Shown: positions 38,172-53,369 of the stretch, piece after piece
How the letters are laid out: every line of letters starts with the position of its first letter
Position numbering within the stretch: position 1 is the first letter of the stretch
Origin: Pecten maximus
Lineage: Eukaryota
NCBI RefSeq assembly: GCF_902652985.1
Contig: NC_047020.1
Location: forward strand, 12,648,001-12,712,000
Direction: 5' to 3'
DNA length: 64,000 nt
Position numbers and translations under genes: made by a program
Notes under the pieces: model-generated
The model's database searches: none
Told to the model about the DNA's origin: nothing
What the model saw: the letters and a program-made list of their open reading frames with translations, nothing else

Positions 38172-38470
38172 TAGCGTGATTTCGTGTATTCTCGGATTCT
38201 ATCGGTATCACTAGTACTTTCTCTTGTAATGTTAGTGTCATTTCGTGTATTCTCGGATTCTATCGGTATCACTAGTACTTTCTCTTGTAATGTTAGTGTC
38301 ATTTCGTGTATTCTCGGATTCTATCGGTATCACTAGTACTTTCTCTTGTAATGTTAGTGTCATTTCGTGTATTCTCGGATTCTACCGGTACCACATAGTA
38401 CTTTCTCTTGTAATGTTAGTGTCATTTCGTGTATTCTCGGATTCTATCGGTATCACATAGTAGTTTCTCT
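38172..38470. repeat. 61-bp tandem repeat
   Basis: TTTCGTGTATTCTCGGATTCTATCGGTATCACTAGTACTTTCTCTTGTAATGTTAGTGTCA, about 5 copies. Confidence 0.92.
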
Positions 38471-38904
38471 GGTCGTATTTGTTCAGTTCCCTGTCGGACC
38501 TCATTCTTTTTTGTGTTTATTTTTCTAACATTTTATCTTTGCTGTCGTGTTTGTTCGTGTATATAGACGTTGTGATCTAACTGTGTTTTTTTAACGATTT
38601 TATCATGACCACGCCACGGTGTATGTTGTTTTCTGGAGCTCCTTCTCTCTGACACCATGTCACAAATACTACTTAAATATTACACTGCTTTTCAACACAA
38701 ATATAACTATCATTAGTACAAAGTCATTTGCACCGAATTATTATTGGGATTTGGTGGCCGACATGAGATGCTCCGAACCTTCTTTTCCAGCTGATCCCTA
38801 TCATGGCTACTAATATGAGAGTATCCTCATTGTCTATGTTGTTGTTGCGAGTTTTACTTCCGAAATAATCGGAATGAATTATGCATGATGGTACATATGT
38901 AGAT

Positions 38905-39161
38905 AAACTTCATTGTCCCTGTAAATCATTGCTCTAATAGAGAAACTCCATTTCCCCTGTAAACCATTGCTCTAATAGAGAAACTTCACTGTCCCTGTAA
39001 ACCATTGTCCCTGTAAACCATTGTCCCTGTAAACCATTGCTCTAATAGAGAAATTCCATTTTCCCTGTAAACCATTGCTCTAATAGAGAAACTCCATTGA
39101 CCCTGTAAACCATTGTCCCTGTAAACCATTGTCCCTGTAAACCATTGCTCTAATAGAGAAA
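38905..39161. repeat. 38-bp minisatellite with nested 16-bp subrepeat (TAAACCATTGTCCCTG)
   Basis: Directly visible. Confidence 0.88.
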
Positions 39162-40737
39162 GGTCATAGCTCTATATCTCGGGAAATTTTTTAAGTTCGC
39201 TTAGGAACAGGAAAAATATATTTCATCACTTATTTATCATTGCAATATCATTTTTAAGTTTATAGTCATATTTCTTTATTTAAGAATACATGTTATATCT
39301 CAAAGCATATTTTTCAAATTTAATTGATTTTCTTTTATTTAAAAAGTAATATAAATCGGGATGTAGCATACATTGTACCTATACCCACACTCTTTATACT
39401 TTAATATTGTATGTTAACTCATTATTTCAATCACAATATGTAAAAAAACAATATTTTCAAAACGAAATCTTGTTAACATTACCTTACACGTGTTATAAAT
39501 AAACACCATGTGACCACTCTCAGTATAAACACAATACTATGTAAATCCGATCTTGTGAACATTGAATTTAAAATTAAATAAAATTTAAAAGGGAAATTAA
39601 AAAGCATGTAGACGGAGACAAAAGGTAAGACAATGAACATACCGCCATTGAAAATATCTTCCGTGCATAAATTGAAAATTTTCCATTTAGATTTATCTAT
39701 ATCAGGCGAACCGTTCATGTCATAATCATGATAATTGATTACAGTGAGAACTTTTGAAGAACAAATTGGAATAACTTCGGAACAGCGGTGATGAATGTTT
39801 AACTACTTGTACGCTAAAATGAAGTCTAGTTGAAACGCCACAAAATGACGTCATGCAGAGTTTCAAAATGGCGATAACTGTTTGGAACACAAATCAGTTT
39901 TCAAACATTATTGATTTGGTATATGGAAAACGCCTTATCCTAATATCGTGTCTAAGCGGTGCTTGTATGACAAACGGAAAACACATTTAACAAAAATCTG
40001 ACCAACTTTCAATCCACACACGCGCGTATATATATATACATAAATTATATATATAAATATAGCAATAGTATATTCTCTTATCAAAAGTGAATTAAAAACT
40101 GAAAGACAGTCGGATAGAATTGCGCCTCTCCGACACTCCCTGTATCTACAAAAGCGGGCGAGACCGAGAACATAAACTTCTCCGTCTGTTTTGTTAACGT
40201 TTTTCTCACTTCGGTGCTAGACCATGATGTATCAGAAAGTTTTACTACATCTCATTAAATCATTGTGTTTTTAAGATTCACCGATTTATGACTGTTGTAT
40301 CAACATGTAAATGATTTCGCTGTAGGTTTTTTTTATATTTAACTGAGATTTTGAGTTCTAGATGATGTCGTGTCGCGTCAGCTCCATCATCAAATTACTG
40401 GCAATTTTCTTGCTTTTATTGTTTTGCTGTCAACGTTTCAAACCGAATAAGCTTTTAGCAATATATTCCCAACCCTGCTATAACAACTACAAAAAACAAC
40501 AATTCTGTAGTAATATATATCCCTTTATCACATTAAAATAAGTGTTTTAAGATCAAAATCCTATCAAGAAAAATCTCATTAAGAAAAAATTAATATACTA
40601 ACGAACAAATTGGATATATCATTAAAGAACGAAAGTTCATGTATGAGCACGAAACTATAGGAAATGTTTATCAAACCCACATCTGTATACCTGTGCTCAG
40701 GTAACCGGCTGTCAACAGGGAGATTGGTTCAGCGAAT

Positions 40738-41318
40738 AAGCATGAGATTGGGCTACAGATCTGGAGCCACACGGAAGAAAGACATGAGATTGGGCTACAG
40801 ATCTGGAGCCACACGAAAGGAAGACATGAGATTGGGCTATAGATCTGGAGCCACACGGAAGAAAGACATGAGATTGGGCTACAGATCTGGAGCCACACGG
40901 AAGGAAGACATGATATTGGGCTATAGATCTGGAGCCACACGGAAGGAAGACATGATATTGGGCTACAGACCTGGAGCCACACGGAAGGAAGACATGAGAT
41001 TGGGCTACAGACCTGGAGCCACATGAAAGGAAGACATGAGATTGGGCTACAAACCTGGAGCCACACGATAGGAAGACATGATATTGGGCTATAGATCTGG
41101 AGCCACACGGAAGGAAGACATTAGATTGGGCTACAGATCTGGAGCCACACGGAAGGAAGACATGAGATTGGGCTTCATATCTGGAGCCACACGAAAGGAA
41201 GACATGAGGTTAGACTACAGATGTGGAGCCACACGAAAGAAAGACAAGACATGGCATTGGGCTACAGATCTGGAGCCACACGAAAGGAAGACATGAGGTT
41301 AGACTACAGATCTGGAGC
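40738..41318. repeat. 42-bp minisatellite (GACATGAGATTGGGCTACAGATCTGGAGCCACACGGAAGGAA)
   Basis: About 14 units. Confidence 0.95.
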
Positions 41319-43769
41319 TAGATGCTGTAGTCCTAGGTTTTACAAACATAAACAACGGAATTAGAGATATAATTATAACAGACAGAGCTGCATCATATGT
41401 AGTTGTTTAAGCTAATATATAGTTAGTAAAAGGCATACATTTGTTTCGTCCTCCTAGTAGTGAAAACAGAAAGAGGAGGTCACCTTTCTACATAAGTTAA
41501 TCTGTTAACCATACTTATGGCCCAACATTTACAGTGAATCAGTCGTAGGGATCTCTAATAATTTCCGGACGCTGTATGATATAGTTTAGATAGTTTTAAA
41601 TGTCTCTCAAATATTGACTTGGATAACAAGATTTTACCCAGTACTTCTGAATATAGCGGTAGTCAATTAATCTATAAAGGTTTAATTATTTCCGCATGTA
41701 TACATATAGAAAGGAAATGCAGGTTTTTGTATAGTTTGTACATAGATGAATGAGAAAAAAATACTGTAAAATAAAACAGTAGGATCCAGAAAATAATCGA
41801 AAAGAAAAATATTTCTTGTCTTCTTTTATGATAAATATCACTTCTTGTCAATACTTCTACAAATATTTAAAATAATTACAAACGTCTGATAAAACACTTC
41901 CATCACAAGATCACTTATCAAAGCAATGTTTGGCAAACATTACAGAATGAACGACGCCCTTTTCTACATTTCTCGCTGTTCGACTTTTATCAAAGACATA
42001 ACAGTGTTTCCAAAGACTTGTTCGCTGCCTATGTAGAAATCTTGATAAACAGAGCAAGCACTATCTTAGATAAAGTTGGCATAGCATGGTGAGTGAATAG
42101 GTTTTTCGCCATAGTCTTCCCCGCACGTTGGAGTGTGACAAAGTCACCGAATGCCTGTATATCTAATACCAATAATTCAAGCGATTTTATTTCTTTCCTG
42201 AGTAAAAAAACCATAAAAACGGCACTTGAAAATTTACACTCAAGTATTTTTATTGTAAATTTGGTCGAGATTTTACGAGATCATAAACAAATATATTCAT
42301 ATCGTCTAGATTTAATCATTCAAATTGTATTATCTCGACCCAAAATAAACCATTCCATGAACATAAAATTGATATATTTCATTTGAATGCCTAAGGTTGA
42401 ACGTGTCGTGTTTAAAAATACATTTGCGAAGTTTCTTCTTTGTAAACTAAAATGTTATATTTCATACAGACATGAATTATCCATCTACATTTACAAATTT
42501 ATATAGTTGGGTACATTTCAGCAGTTTATTCGCCTATATGGTTTTATTGGTCGATGACTCTGATAACTCCTCAGATGCTGATGGAGAGATATATACAGAT
42601 GTAAAAATCCATTAACTCGATCTCCGGCGTGAAATACGACACTTTATTTACCCATGCGTATCTAGAAATGACAAAGACTCGCCTTTTTATTCTCTTATCG
42701 TAACAATCGTATTTTAATTTTCAAAATTCAAAATTATGATTTTTTAACTGCATACTATAAACCACCATTGTACAGTTTCATTAACATGCCCGTCACTTTT
42801 GACAAGTAGTGACCAATATGTTTGAAATAACGCCGCGTCTAATCTAAGCTAAATAATTGATGCTGTTTTTCTACAAACTTAAACGATATTAAAAAAAAAG
42901 ACAGTATATTCATGGTGTATAATAAACACCTTATCTACCATTAGTATATCTATTATCAAAATGATATCTAGAGTTGCCATGTGTCCTGTGTACAACAAGC
43001 ATGTACAGCATTACGTATACTGATGACCAACGTAATTTTTACCACATAACGACGGTATCTAGGGATATTGCACGTGTCAATAAACCTGGTATTTACTACG
43101 TCTTTTACGACCTACTGACATGTTATGTGGTGTTGGTAATAATGTAGATACAGACACAGAAAATAATTATAACAACACAAAGAGAAAACAACAGAAAAAA
43201 GGGAGATATCTAAGGGAAGTAATCACCGAAAGGTGGTGCCCTGTAAAATAAGCGATCCACAGACACATAGATATGGCTCATGTAGCAGCGACAGAGGTAT
43301 GTCTTTATACACAGAGGAAACTGGTATGTTACTGCCAAGAAAAGGTGATAGAAATAATCACATGTTCTATTTGATTCTGTTGCTGAACATTGTTTTCATA
43401 ATGTCATGCATTATATTTGTATATAATTTGTGGTTCTGCAGATAGATGCAAGTAATTATTGGACCATTTATCAATGGATAAAAACATGAAAATCAAGATA
43501 AGAAAAATATGATCTTAATGGACCTTCTATCAATCTAAACTGTTCAGTTAGGATAGAGTCGGTTTACACCTGCTATTGTAATATAGATAAACTGTTTCCC
43601 TATCAAATGTGGTCCACTACATTAATGGTTACTCGTTACAATTAAAGAGACACATACACTAATATGGAGACATTCAGTGATTATTCGGAGGAATAGAGTT
43701 CAAGTGCCCCCTGTTCAATCTCAAGCGACGAAAAGCTATTTTTTCTAGCATTGGGGGCTTATATACTTG

Positions 43770-45068
43770 TATACTTGTTACCCTATAAACCTACTGTATA
43801 TATACTTGTTATCCTATAATTCTACTGTAAACTTGTTACCCTATAAACCTACTGTATATATACATGTTACCCTATAAACCTACTGTATATATACTTGTTA
43901 CCCTATAAACCTACTGTATACTTGTTACCCTATAAATCTACTGTATACTTGTTACCCTATAAACCTACTGTATACTTGTTACCCTATAAATCTACTGTAT
44001 ACTTGTTACCCTATAAACCTACTGTATACTTGTTACCCTATAAACCTACTGTATACTTGTTACCCTATAAACCTACTGTATACTTGTTACCCTATAAACC
44101 TACTGTATATATACTTGTTACCCTATAAACCTACTGTATATATACTTGTTACCCTATAAATCTACTGTATATATACTTGTTACCCTATAAATCTACTGTA
44201 TATATACTTGTTACCCTATAAACCTACTGTATATATACTTGTTACCCTATAAATCTACTGTATATATACTTGTTACCCTATAAACCTACTGTATATATAC
44301 TTGTTACCCTATAAATCTACTGTATATATACTTGTTACCCTATAAACCTACTGTATACTTGTTACCCTATAAACCTACTGTATATATACTTGTTACCCTA
44401 TAAATCTACTGTATACTTGTTACCCTATAAACCTACTGTATATATACTTGTTACCCTATAAACCTACTGTATATATATACTTGTTACCCTATAAACCTAC
44501 TGTATACTTGTTACCCTATAAACCTACTGTATATATACTTGTTACCCTATAAACCTACTGTATACTTGTTACCCTATAAACCTACTGTAAACTTGTTACC
44601 CTATAAATCTACTGTATACTTGTTACCCTATAAACCTACTGTATATATACTTGTTACCCTATAAACCTACTGTATACTTGTTACCCTATAAACCTACTGT
44701 ATACTTGTTACCCTATAAACCTACTGTATACTTGTTACCCTATAAACCTACTGTATACTTGTTACCCTATAAACCTACTGTATATATACTTGTTACCCTA
44801 TAAACCTACTGTATACTTGTTACCCTATAAACCTACTGTATACTTGTTACCCTATAAACCTACTGTATACTTGTTACCCTATAAACCTACTGTATATATA
44901 CTTGTTACCCTATAAACCTACTGTATACTTGTAACCCTATAAACCTACTGTATACTTGTTACCCTATAAACCTACTGTATACTTGTTACCCTATAAACCT
45001 ACTGTATATATACTTGTTACCCTATACACCTACTGTATACTTGTTACCCTATAAACCTAATGTATACT
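43770..45068. repeat. 27/31-bp minisatellite (TACTTGTTACCCTATAAACCTACTGTA +/- TATA)
   Basis: About 45 units that differ by a (TA)n length variant. Confidence 0.95.
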
Positions 45069-45399
45069 TTCAAACGAGTATACATTATGTTTATAGGTGC
45101 TACATCATTAAATTCAGTAAATACACTGTGTTTTTTCCATAACATCAAACATTATTCATGTTGAATAATGATATATTGTTGACTCGCAAGAGTTCATCAG
45201 TCATTCAATAAATGACCTTTTAACAACAATATAATTTTTGTTGTCATTGCGAGTCAACTTTTTGCAACAAACAAGCTTCAGTCTTTGAACATGATCCAGG
45301 CTTACACAATATGCATTATGTTTATAGGGTACCAAATATACAGAGTGTTTATAGGGTATCAAGTATATAGAGGGTTTATAGGGTACCAACTGTATAACT

Positions 45400-48032
45400 G
45401 TGTGAGATGACTAGTGACGTGTGAGATGACTAGTGACGTGTGAGATGACTAGTGTCGTGTGAGATGACTAGTGACGTGTGAGATGACTAGTGACGTGTGA
45501 GATGACTAGTGACGTGTGAGATGACTAGTGACGTGTGAGATGACTAGTGTCGTGTGAGATGACTAGTGTCGTGTGAGATGACTAGTGTCGTGTGAGATGA
45601 CTAGGTCATCATACACGTCACACTGGTCATCATACACGTCACAGTGGTCATCATACACGTCACACTGGTCATCATACACGTCACACTGGTCATCATACAC
45701 GTCACACTGGTCATCATACACGTCACACTGGTCATCATACACGTCACACTGGTCATCACACACGACACTAATCATCTCACACGTCACTAGTCATCTCACA
45801 CGACACTAATCATCTCACACGTCACTAGTCATCTCACACGTCACTAGTCATCTCACACGACACTAGTCATCTCACACGTCACACTGGTCATCATACACGT
45901 CACACTAGTCATCACACACGTCACTAGTCATCTCACACGGCACTAGTCATCTTACACGTCACTAGTCATCACATACGTCACTAGTCATCTCACACGACAC
46001 TAGTCATCTCACACGAAACTAGTATTCTCACACGACACTAATCATCTCACACGTCACTAGTCATCTCACACGTCACTAGTCATCTCACACGACACTAGTC
46101 ATCTCACACGTCACACTGGTCATCATACACGTCACACTAGTCATCACACACGTCACTAGTCATCTCACACGAAACTAGTCGTCTCACACGTCACTAGTCA
46201 TCTCACACGTCACTAGTCATCTCCCACGTCACTAGTCATCTCACACGACACTAGTCATCTCACACGTCACTAGTCATCTCCCACGTCACTAGTCATCTCA
46301 CACGAAACTAGTCGTCTCACACGTCACTAGTCATCTCACACGTCACTAGTCATCTCCCACGTCACTAGTCATCTCACACGACACTAGTCATCTCACACGT
46401 CACTAGTCATCTCACACGACACTAGTCATCTCACACGACACTAGTCATCTCACACGCCACTAGTCATCTCACACGTCACTAGTCATCTCACACGTCACTA
46501 GTCATCTCACACGACACTAGTCATCTCACACGACACTAGTCATCTCACACGTCACTAGTCATCTCACACGTCACTAGTCATCTCACACGTCACTAGTCAT
46601 CTCACACGTCACTAGTCATCTCACACGACACTAGTCATCTCACACGTCACTAGTCATCTCACACGTCACTAGTCATCTCACACGTCACTAGTCATCTCAC
46701 ACGTCACTAGTCATCTCACACGTCACTAGTCATCTCACACGACACTAGTCATCTCACACGTCACTAGTCATCTCACACGACACTAGTCATCTCACACGAC
46801 ACTAGTCATCTCACACGACACTAGTCATCTCACACGTCACTAGTCATCTCACACGACACTAGTCATCTCACACGTCACACTGGTCATCATACACGTCACA
46901 CTAGTCATCCTCACACGTCACTAGTCATCTCACACGTCACTAGTCATCTCACACGTCACTAGTCATCTCACACGTCACTAGTCATCTCACACGACACTAG
47001 TCATCTCACACGACACTAGTCATCTCACGCGTCACTAGTCATCTCCCACGTCACTAGTCATCCCACACGTCACTAATCATCTCACACGACACTAGTCATC
47101 TCACACGACACTAGTCATCTCACACGTCACTAGTCATCTCACACGTCACTAGTCATCTCACACGACACTAGTCATCTCACACGTCACACTGGTCATCATA
47201 CACGTCACACTGGTCATCACACACGTCACTCTAGTCATCATACACGTCACACTGTTCATCACACACGTTACTCTAGTCATCACACACGTCACTCTAGTCA
47301 TCACACACGTCACACTGGTCATCTCACACGTCACTCTAGTCATCATACACGTCACACTGGTCATCACACACGTCACTCTTGTCATCACACACGTCACTCT
47401 AGTCACCACACACGTCACACTGGTCATCACACACGTCACACTGGTCATCACACACGGAACTTTAGCCATCATACACGTCACTCTGGTCATCACACACGTC
47501 ACTCTAGTCATCATACACGTCACACTGGTCATCACACACGTCACACTGGTCATCACACACGTCACACTGGTCATCATACACGTCACTCTGGTTATCACAC
47601 ACGTCACTCTAGTCATCATACACGTCACTCTAGTCATCTCACACGTCACACTGGTCATCACACACATCACACTCGTCATCACACAAGTCACACTAGTCAT
47701 CACACACGTCACAATGGTCATCACACACGTCACACTGGTCATCACACACGTCACTCTAGTCATCACACACGTCACTCTAGTCATCACACACGTCACACTG
47801 GTCATCTCACACGTCACTCTAGTCATCATACACGTCACACTGGTCATCTCACACGTCACTCTAGTCATCACACACGTCACTCTAGTCATCACACACGTCA
47901 CACTGGTCATCTCACACGTCACTCTAGTCATCATACACGTCACACTGGTCATCACACACGTCACACTGATCACCATACACGTCATACTGGTCATCACACA
48001 CGTCACACTGGTCATCTCACACGTCACACTGA
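45400..48032. repeat. 19/21-bp satellite (GTCACTAGTCATCTCACAC) with an orientation switch at ~45603
   Basis: 45400-45603 reads (GTGTGAGATGACTAGTGAC)n. From 45604 the sequence is its reverse complement plus a 21-bp variant (GTCACACTGGTCATCA[T/C]ACAC). Confidence 0.95.
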
Positions 48033-50735
48033 TCTTCTCCTTTGTTCATGACGGCATCTAAAGAATGGCAATGGTAATCTAAGAAGATACGATATAATGA
48101 AGGGAGTATCTACCAAAGGATTTTTTTTGGATATTTTTCTTAAAAAGATTGCAATAACTGCAAATATACGGACTAAAAGTATGGTTCGGCTCAGTTCGAA
48201 ATAGAAATATGTTACGTGTCATAGTCAGGCATGCGGTCTGAAGAACAACCTTTTCAGCTAAACATAAACTGAATGGAACATTTTCGTTCAAAGCAGTTTA
48301 ATACCTGGGAACAATACATATGACAGTGATCTATTTTGGTGGCTATTATCTAAAATTCACACATCTGATATGTTAATTCGGGCCCACCGCAAAATGACAC
48401 AAAACAATCAAATGGAACACGTGAAATTGTAAAAACTGTCTTTATTTGGACGGGACAGTACGTTTTTTCGTCACGTGCTTGTAAAACGGGACAATAGCAA
48501 AATTGACGATTATGAGACGATAGTTTGCAAATAATGATAAAATTGACATGAATTTCATGATTTATTTTGTACCGCCTGAATCCATAATACATTAAATTAT
48601 TGTAATTTCTAAATTTTTCTACATATATAACCGTATAAAAATCAGAGAATGGCGATGATCGTATCGCCCTGACAGATGGACGGTAAAATGATGCCTTTTC
48701 ATGTTACAGCGAACTGTAACTCAATATTAGTAATATTAACCAAATATTGAGATCCCGTATCTCACTACAGGCACTTGTTAGATACCCTGGCGCGATATAA
48801 AGGTGCGGTATAATTCGCCATGGAGGGGAAGCATGGTGACCTTCATTTACATTAGGGGTCACAGCTCAGCAGCACTCACACATTTAAATGTGCCATTTCA
48901 TTTTCAAATTCCCATACGTAATAGATATTTGTAATATAGCAATGTAATGCTTAACTATTTGACGTTAATACACATAGTACCAAATGTTTAGGTTGTACAG
49001 CTAGTACTAGTATAGTTTCTTTAAATGTTTCGGGAACATAGCAATTCACCACCATCTTCCTTCAGAATGTCCAAACTTTGTTGTTATATATACAAAGACG
49101 GTTTTCAATTGCCATTTAAGGTTTTTGGGTTTTGATTCTGTAGTTAAAAAAAATGAATACGGGTTTCTTTAAATGCTTACATATTTAGCCTCTGACCAAG
49201 AATATGTATTCCCATTTTTGGCACAGAAAAGTTTTTTTTTTTAGAAAAATAACTCGTTTAAATACTACTAAAATCTCTCTCTCAATCTAGACAACCAATT
49301 CTTTAAGTCAGTGTTGATCCAAGGAAATCTTCGCACACATTTTGTTTGCTTGTGAACTTCAGAACTATCAATACAATATCATTGTAAGCAATAAAACGAT
49401 ATTTTAAGTATGTTTGGTAAACCATATTTGGATTTTTCAAAATCTATAATTATTTTAATCAAAATCAATCCGTGAAAGCTGATCATAATGAATTGTTCAT
49501 AACACAAAAATAAATATCGCATTTAAAATAGATTGTTTTTAAAAATAAGAATAAAATCTAATTATCAATGTATAATTATTCAAAATCTAGGGTTGCCAAG
49601 CGGACAAAAAGTCACCGTACCCATAAAAATCATAGGTTACCAAACAATTTTAGATTTCTAGTTTAAAGAACGCCGATCTAATCTTTGAGTGTCATTTAAA
49701 TATGAAAACGTCGACTAGACGGAGGAAAGATAGCAGCACTGCGATTCTACGCTAGGCCATTAGGATAGCACCAAGATCGCGAACACGAAACGCTTTTGTG
49801 TGTGTTATCAACACATTATGTGGTTTACACCAACATGAAAAAAGTATTATCAAATAATTTGTTCCGATAAAAGAAAAGTAAAGAGCGTATCATTTCCAGA
49901 TATGCGTCGTTCTCTTTTCAGGCGAATTTTTGTCTTCGGTATGTGTTATTTACGTATGTCTGGCGATTGGTTTACTGTATACCTGCCGATCTTAGACTGA
50001 CCTAAATGAATCACTTTTAAACCGTATCATCTGTCGATTTGCCTAACTTATCTACTCGCAAAGGAAGGAATACTTTGATTTGTATAATTAATTAATACAA
50101 AGCATCAGTATATGTGTTGAAATCATCTAAGATGTTTAATTCTAGATTTATAATTCGGCGTGTATGTTGGCTGTTTACGTAGCTAGTTAGAATACCATTA
50201 ATCATCTTAATGACATTGATATCAGACATGGCTAATGGTGTACGGTTCAGAAATCACAGTATTTACGCTGTGTTTTGTTATGTCGAAACTTAACTTCTCA
50301 CAGTAACATGTTTATTAAATTTACCAAATCATTTATCGTTTAATGCATGTGTATTCTTTCAACAGACATATTTGATTTGATTGAATAACTAATTACAAAT
50401 GTACGTTACCTATCAGCAAGACAAAGTACAAAGCAGCCCCTTTGTGTGTAGAAGAGGCAATGCATATTGTTGATCAGAAACTAAACATGTAAGCATGTAA
50501 ACAAACCCGTTAATTCTAACTAAAATCTATAAAACGTGGGGGAAATATGAACAAACATGCACTTAACGAGTACAATAAGAACACGACCTGGCGTTCCGGA
50601 AGGGTACGTTTATGACGAAGATTGTTCGTCGACATCTTTTGACTATATCTTAATACGCATTGCAATGGATATTTCAAAATCTGAATGTAGCGATATCGAT
50701 AGAAAAGCTTTTAATGAAATGCGTTGATGACTCAA

Positions 50736-51473
50736 CGTTACGAGCCTAAACTCACAATCTACTCGTGATTGTGTGAGCTATTATGTTGAGTCACGGGCCT
50801 AAACTCACAATCTACTCGTTATTGAGTGAGCTATTATGTTGAGCCACGAGCCTACACTCACAATCTACTCGTGGTTGTGTGAGCTATTATGTTGAGCCAC
50901 GAGCCTACACTCACAATCTACTCATGATTGTGTGAGCTATTATGTTGAGTCACGGGCCTAAACTCACAATCTACTCGTGGGTGTGTAAGTTATTATGTTG
51001 AGTCACGGGCCTAAACTCACAATCTACTCATGGTTGTGTGAGCTAGTATGTTGAGTCACGGGCCTAAACTCACAATCTACTCGTGGGTGTGTGAGCTATT
51101 ATGTTGAGTCACGGGCCTAAACTCACAATCTACTCATGGTTGTGTGAGTTATTATGTTGAGTCACAGGCCTAAACTTACAATCTACTCATGGTTGTGTGA
51201 GTTATTATGTTGAGTCACAGGCCTAAACTCACAATCTACTCATGGTTGTGTGAGTTATTATGTTGAGTCACAGGCCTAAACTCACAATCTACTCGTGGGT
51301 GTGTGAGTTATTATGTTGAGTCACGGGCCTAAACTCACAATCTACTCGTGGGTGTGTGAGCTATTATGTTGAGTCACGAGCCTACACTCACAATCTACTC
51401 GTGGTTGTGTGAGCTATTATGTTTAGTCACGAGCCTTAACTCACAATCTACTCGTGGGTGTGTGAGCTATTAT
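50736..51473. repeat. 53-bp minisatellite (~14 units) between 13-bp direct repeats
   Basis: Unit TTATGTTGAGTCACGGGCCTAAACTCACAATCTACTCGTGGTTGTGTGAGCTA; GTTGATGACTCAA on both sides. Confidence 0.92.
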
Positions 51474-53369
51474 GTTGATGACTCAATGTCAATGGGACAG
51501 ACCGATCCCCTGATGTCAGCATGTTTTACCCGTCCCTTTCCGTCGTACTCTGCTTCAACTGTAAGAGAACTATACGTATTAAATCAATTCCAATTATGTT
51601 AACAGTTTAATGAAATATCAGTAATAAAACAATTATTCATTTAATGCCTAAACAATGTGGCAGTACTGACCTACATTGGTGTAGAAACAATGCACAGATG
51701 TACGTAACTTAGACCACAAGGAGCACTACAAAACTACAATGTGTGTAGTAAGATGGATTATTGACGAAGGGTCGAGTAGAGTTTAAATCTACCGTGACCG
51801 CAATTTATATATTCTCCTGTATGTTTTCTGTCAGGTTCCGTTTCAACAAATACGCGCATGCGCTAACAAGTCAACCCAGAAAAAAAGCATTTAGTATTGC
51901 AATTTGTGTTTGTTCGTGAAATGATTGTGTAATTTTCTTTTCATGACACAGTTCTCCACGGGTTATAAAGACATAACATTAAAGATTAAATTAAAAGAGA
52001 TACCCCAAGATGATAATGTCGTGAGCTGATGCTGTTCTGCCCAATATTTTGTAAGTGTTAACTATAATAGCAGCGGTGAGGAGGCGCCGGTCCTCCCGTG
52101 TGATTCCTATCACCACAACCTCTAACTGGTGCAGAAATTGAAATTCATTAAAGACAGATATTAACATATGATGGCTAAGTCTATTTCTACTAATATAATA
52201 AAGACAGTTTCTGTTGATATTAATAATATGTTACATTTCACACTCGGCGTGTAAGAACATTTGCGCGAGAGCATTGCCCTTCATCTCAACCATATGCAGT
52301 CGAGATGCTATTTTCGAATTATACTAATCACAGCGTGTCCTGTTGTGAAGAGGAGGCTCCCGAACTCTGGGCCAAATTTACACTCTCGGATTCACAATCA
52401 CAATCCACAGGCTCTCAAACCAAACAGTTATACGTTTCCCCTTCCGTAATAACGGCTATTTCCTGTGAATTTCGACCAGAGAATTTCTGAGGAAACCGGG
52501 CACACTTTCTAATCGAGTTTATATGTCGGGAACGGTCTCAAAGAGCGTGAGAAGTCAAAGACAAAGATCCGCTCGTGCGCTGTTATTGTTATAACTATTC
52601 CGTTATATATTGGTATAAATAGCTATTATTTCGTTTTACGTTTGTGTGAATAGTTCATTTGATCTTTTAGTTCTGATTTCCTTTATTTCCCTTTTTTCTT
52701 CTTGAGAAGATTTTCTGTTAAGTCCAATCACAAATATATGTAGATTATATACAGCGATGGGGCGTTTCATCGTACTGGTTATTAACGCGCCTCTGAACAC
52801 ATTAAGACAACTCCTATATCTTGGAATGTTCATTTGAAAACCATCGCCAGCGAGCGTGTGTTTTAGACCGTGTGTCTCAGTCCATCGTTAATGCAGTAGT
52901 ATGTTCTACATGTCAAACGATTCAAAAAGATACCTTACATTGCATTGTATCAATGGTATTTGTTTAAAACACAGTAACACACCAGAACAAGCTAATTCAC
53001 ATCTATTTCTCTACCAACAAACGGCAGATCGATAAAAAATCAGGTTTCTGCGTTGCCACTCTTGACGGGACAAATTCCAAAGGAGTATTCAGAATCCGTC
53101 TTTTCCGCGTCTGCCGGTGGACTATCCTTGTATATGATGTACAACTTTCATTATTGAGCTTGGCCATACACTTATTGATATCGTTATATTCTCGATTCAG
53201 TTTGATATTTTTCTCTATTTATTCAGAAAATGTTTTAATTGGATTTGCTAGTTTGAAGTAGAGTGCTATATGATTTATACAGCCAGTCCTCTGGGACACT
53301 ATTGTATAACTAAGTGGGCCCTGCAAAGGTGTTATATTTTTAATTAAACCACTAGTTTATTAATCAATT

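Noticed and set aside
50736-51473. CRISPR-like appearance of hairpin-containing repeats
   Set aside because: There are no unique spacers and no cas genes, and the context is eukaryotic.
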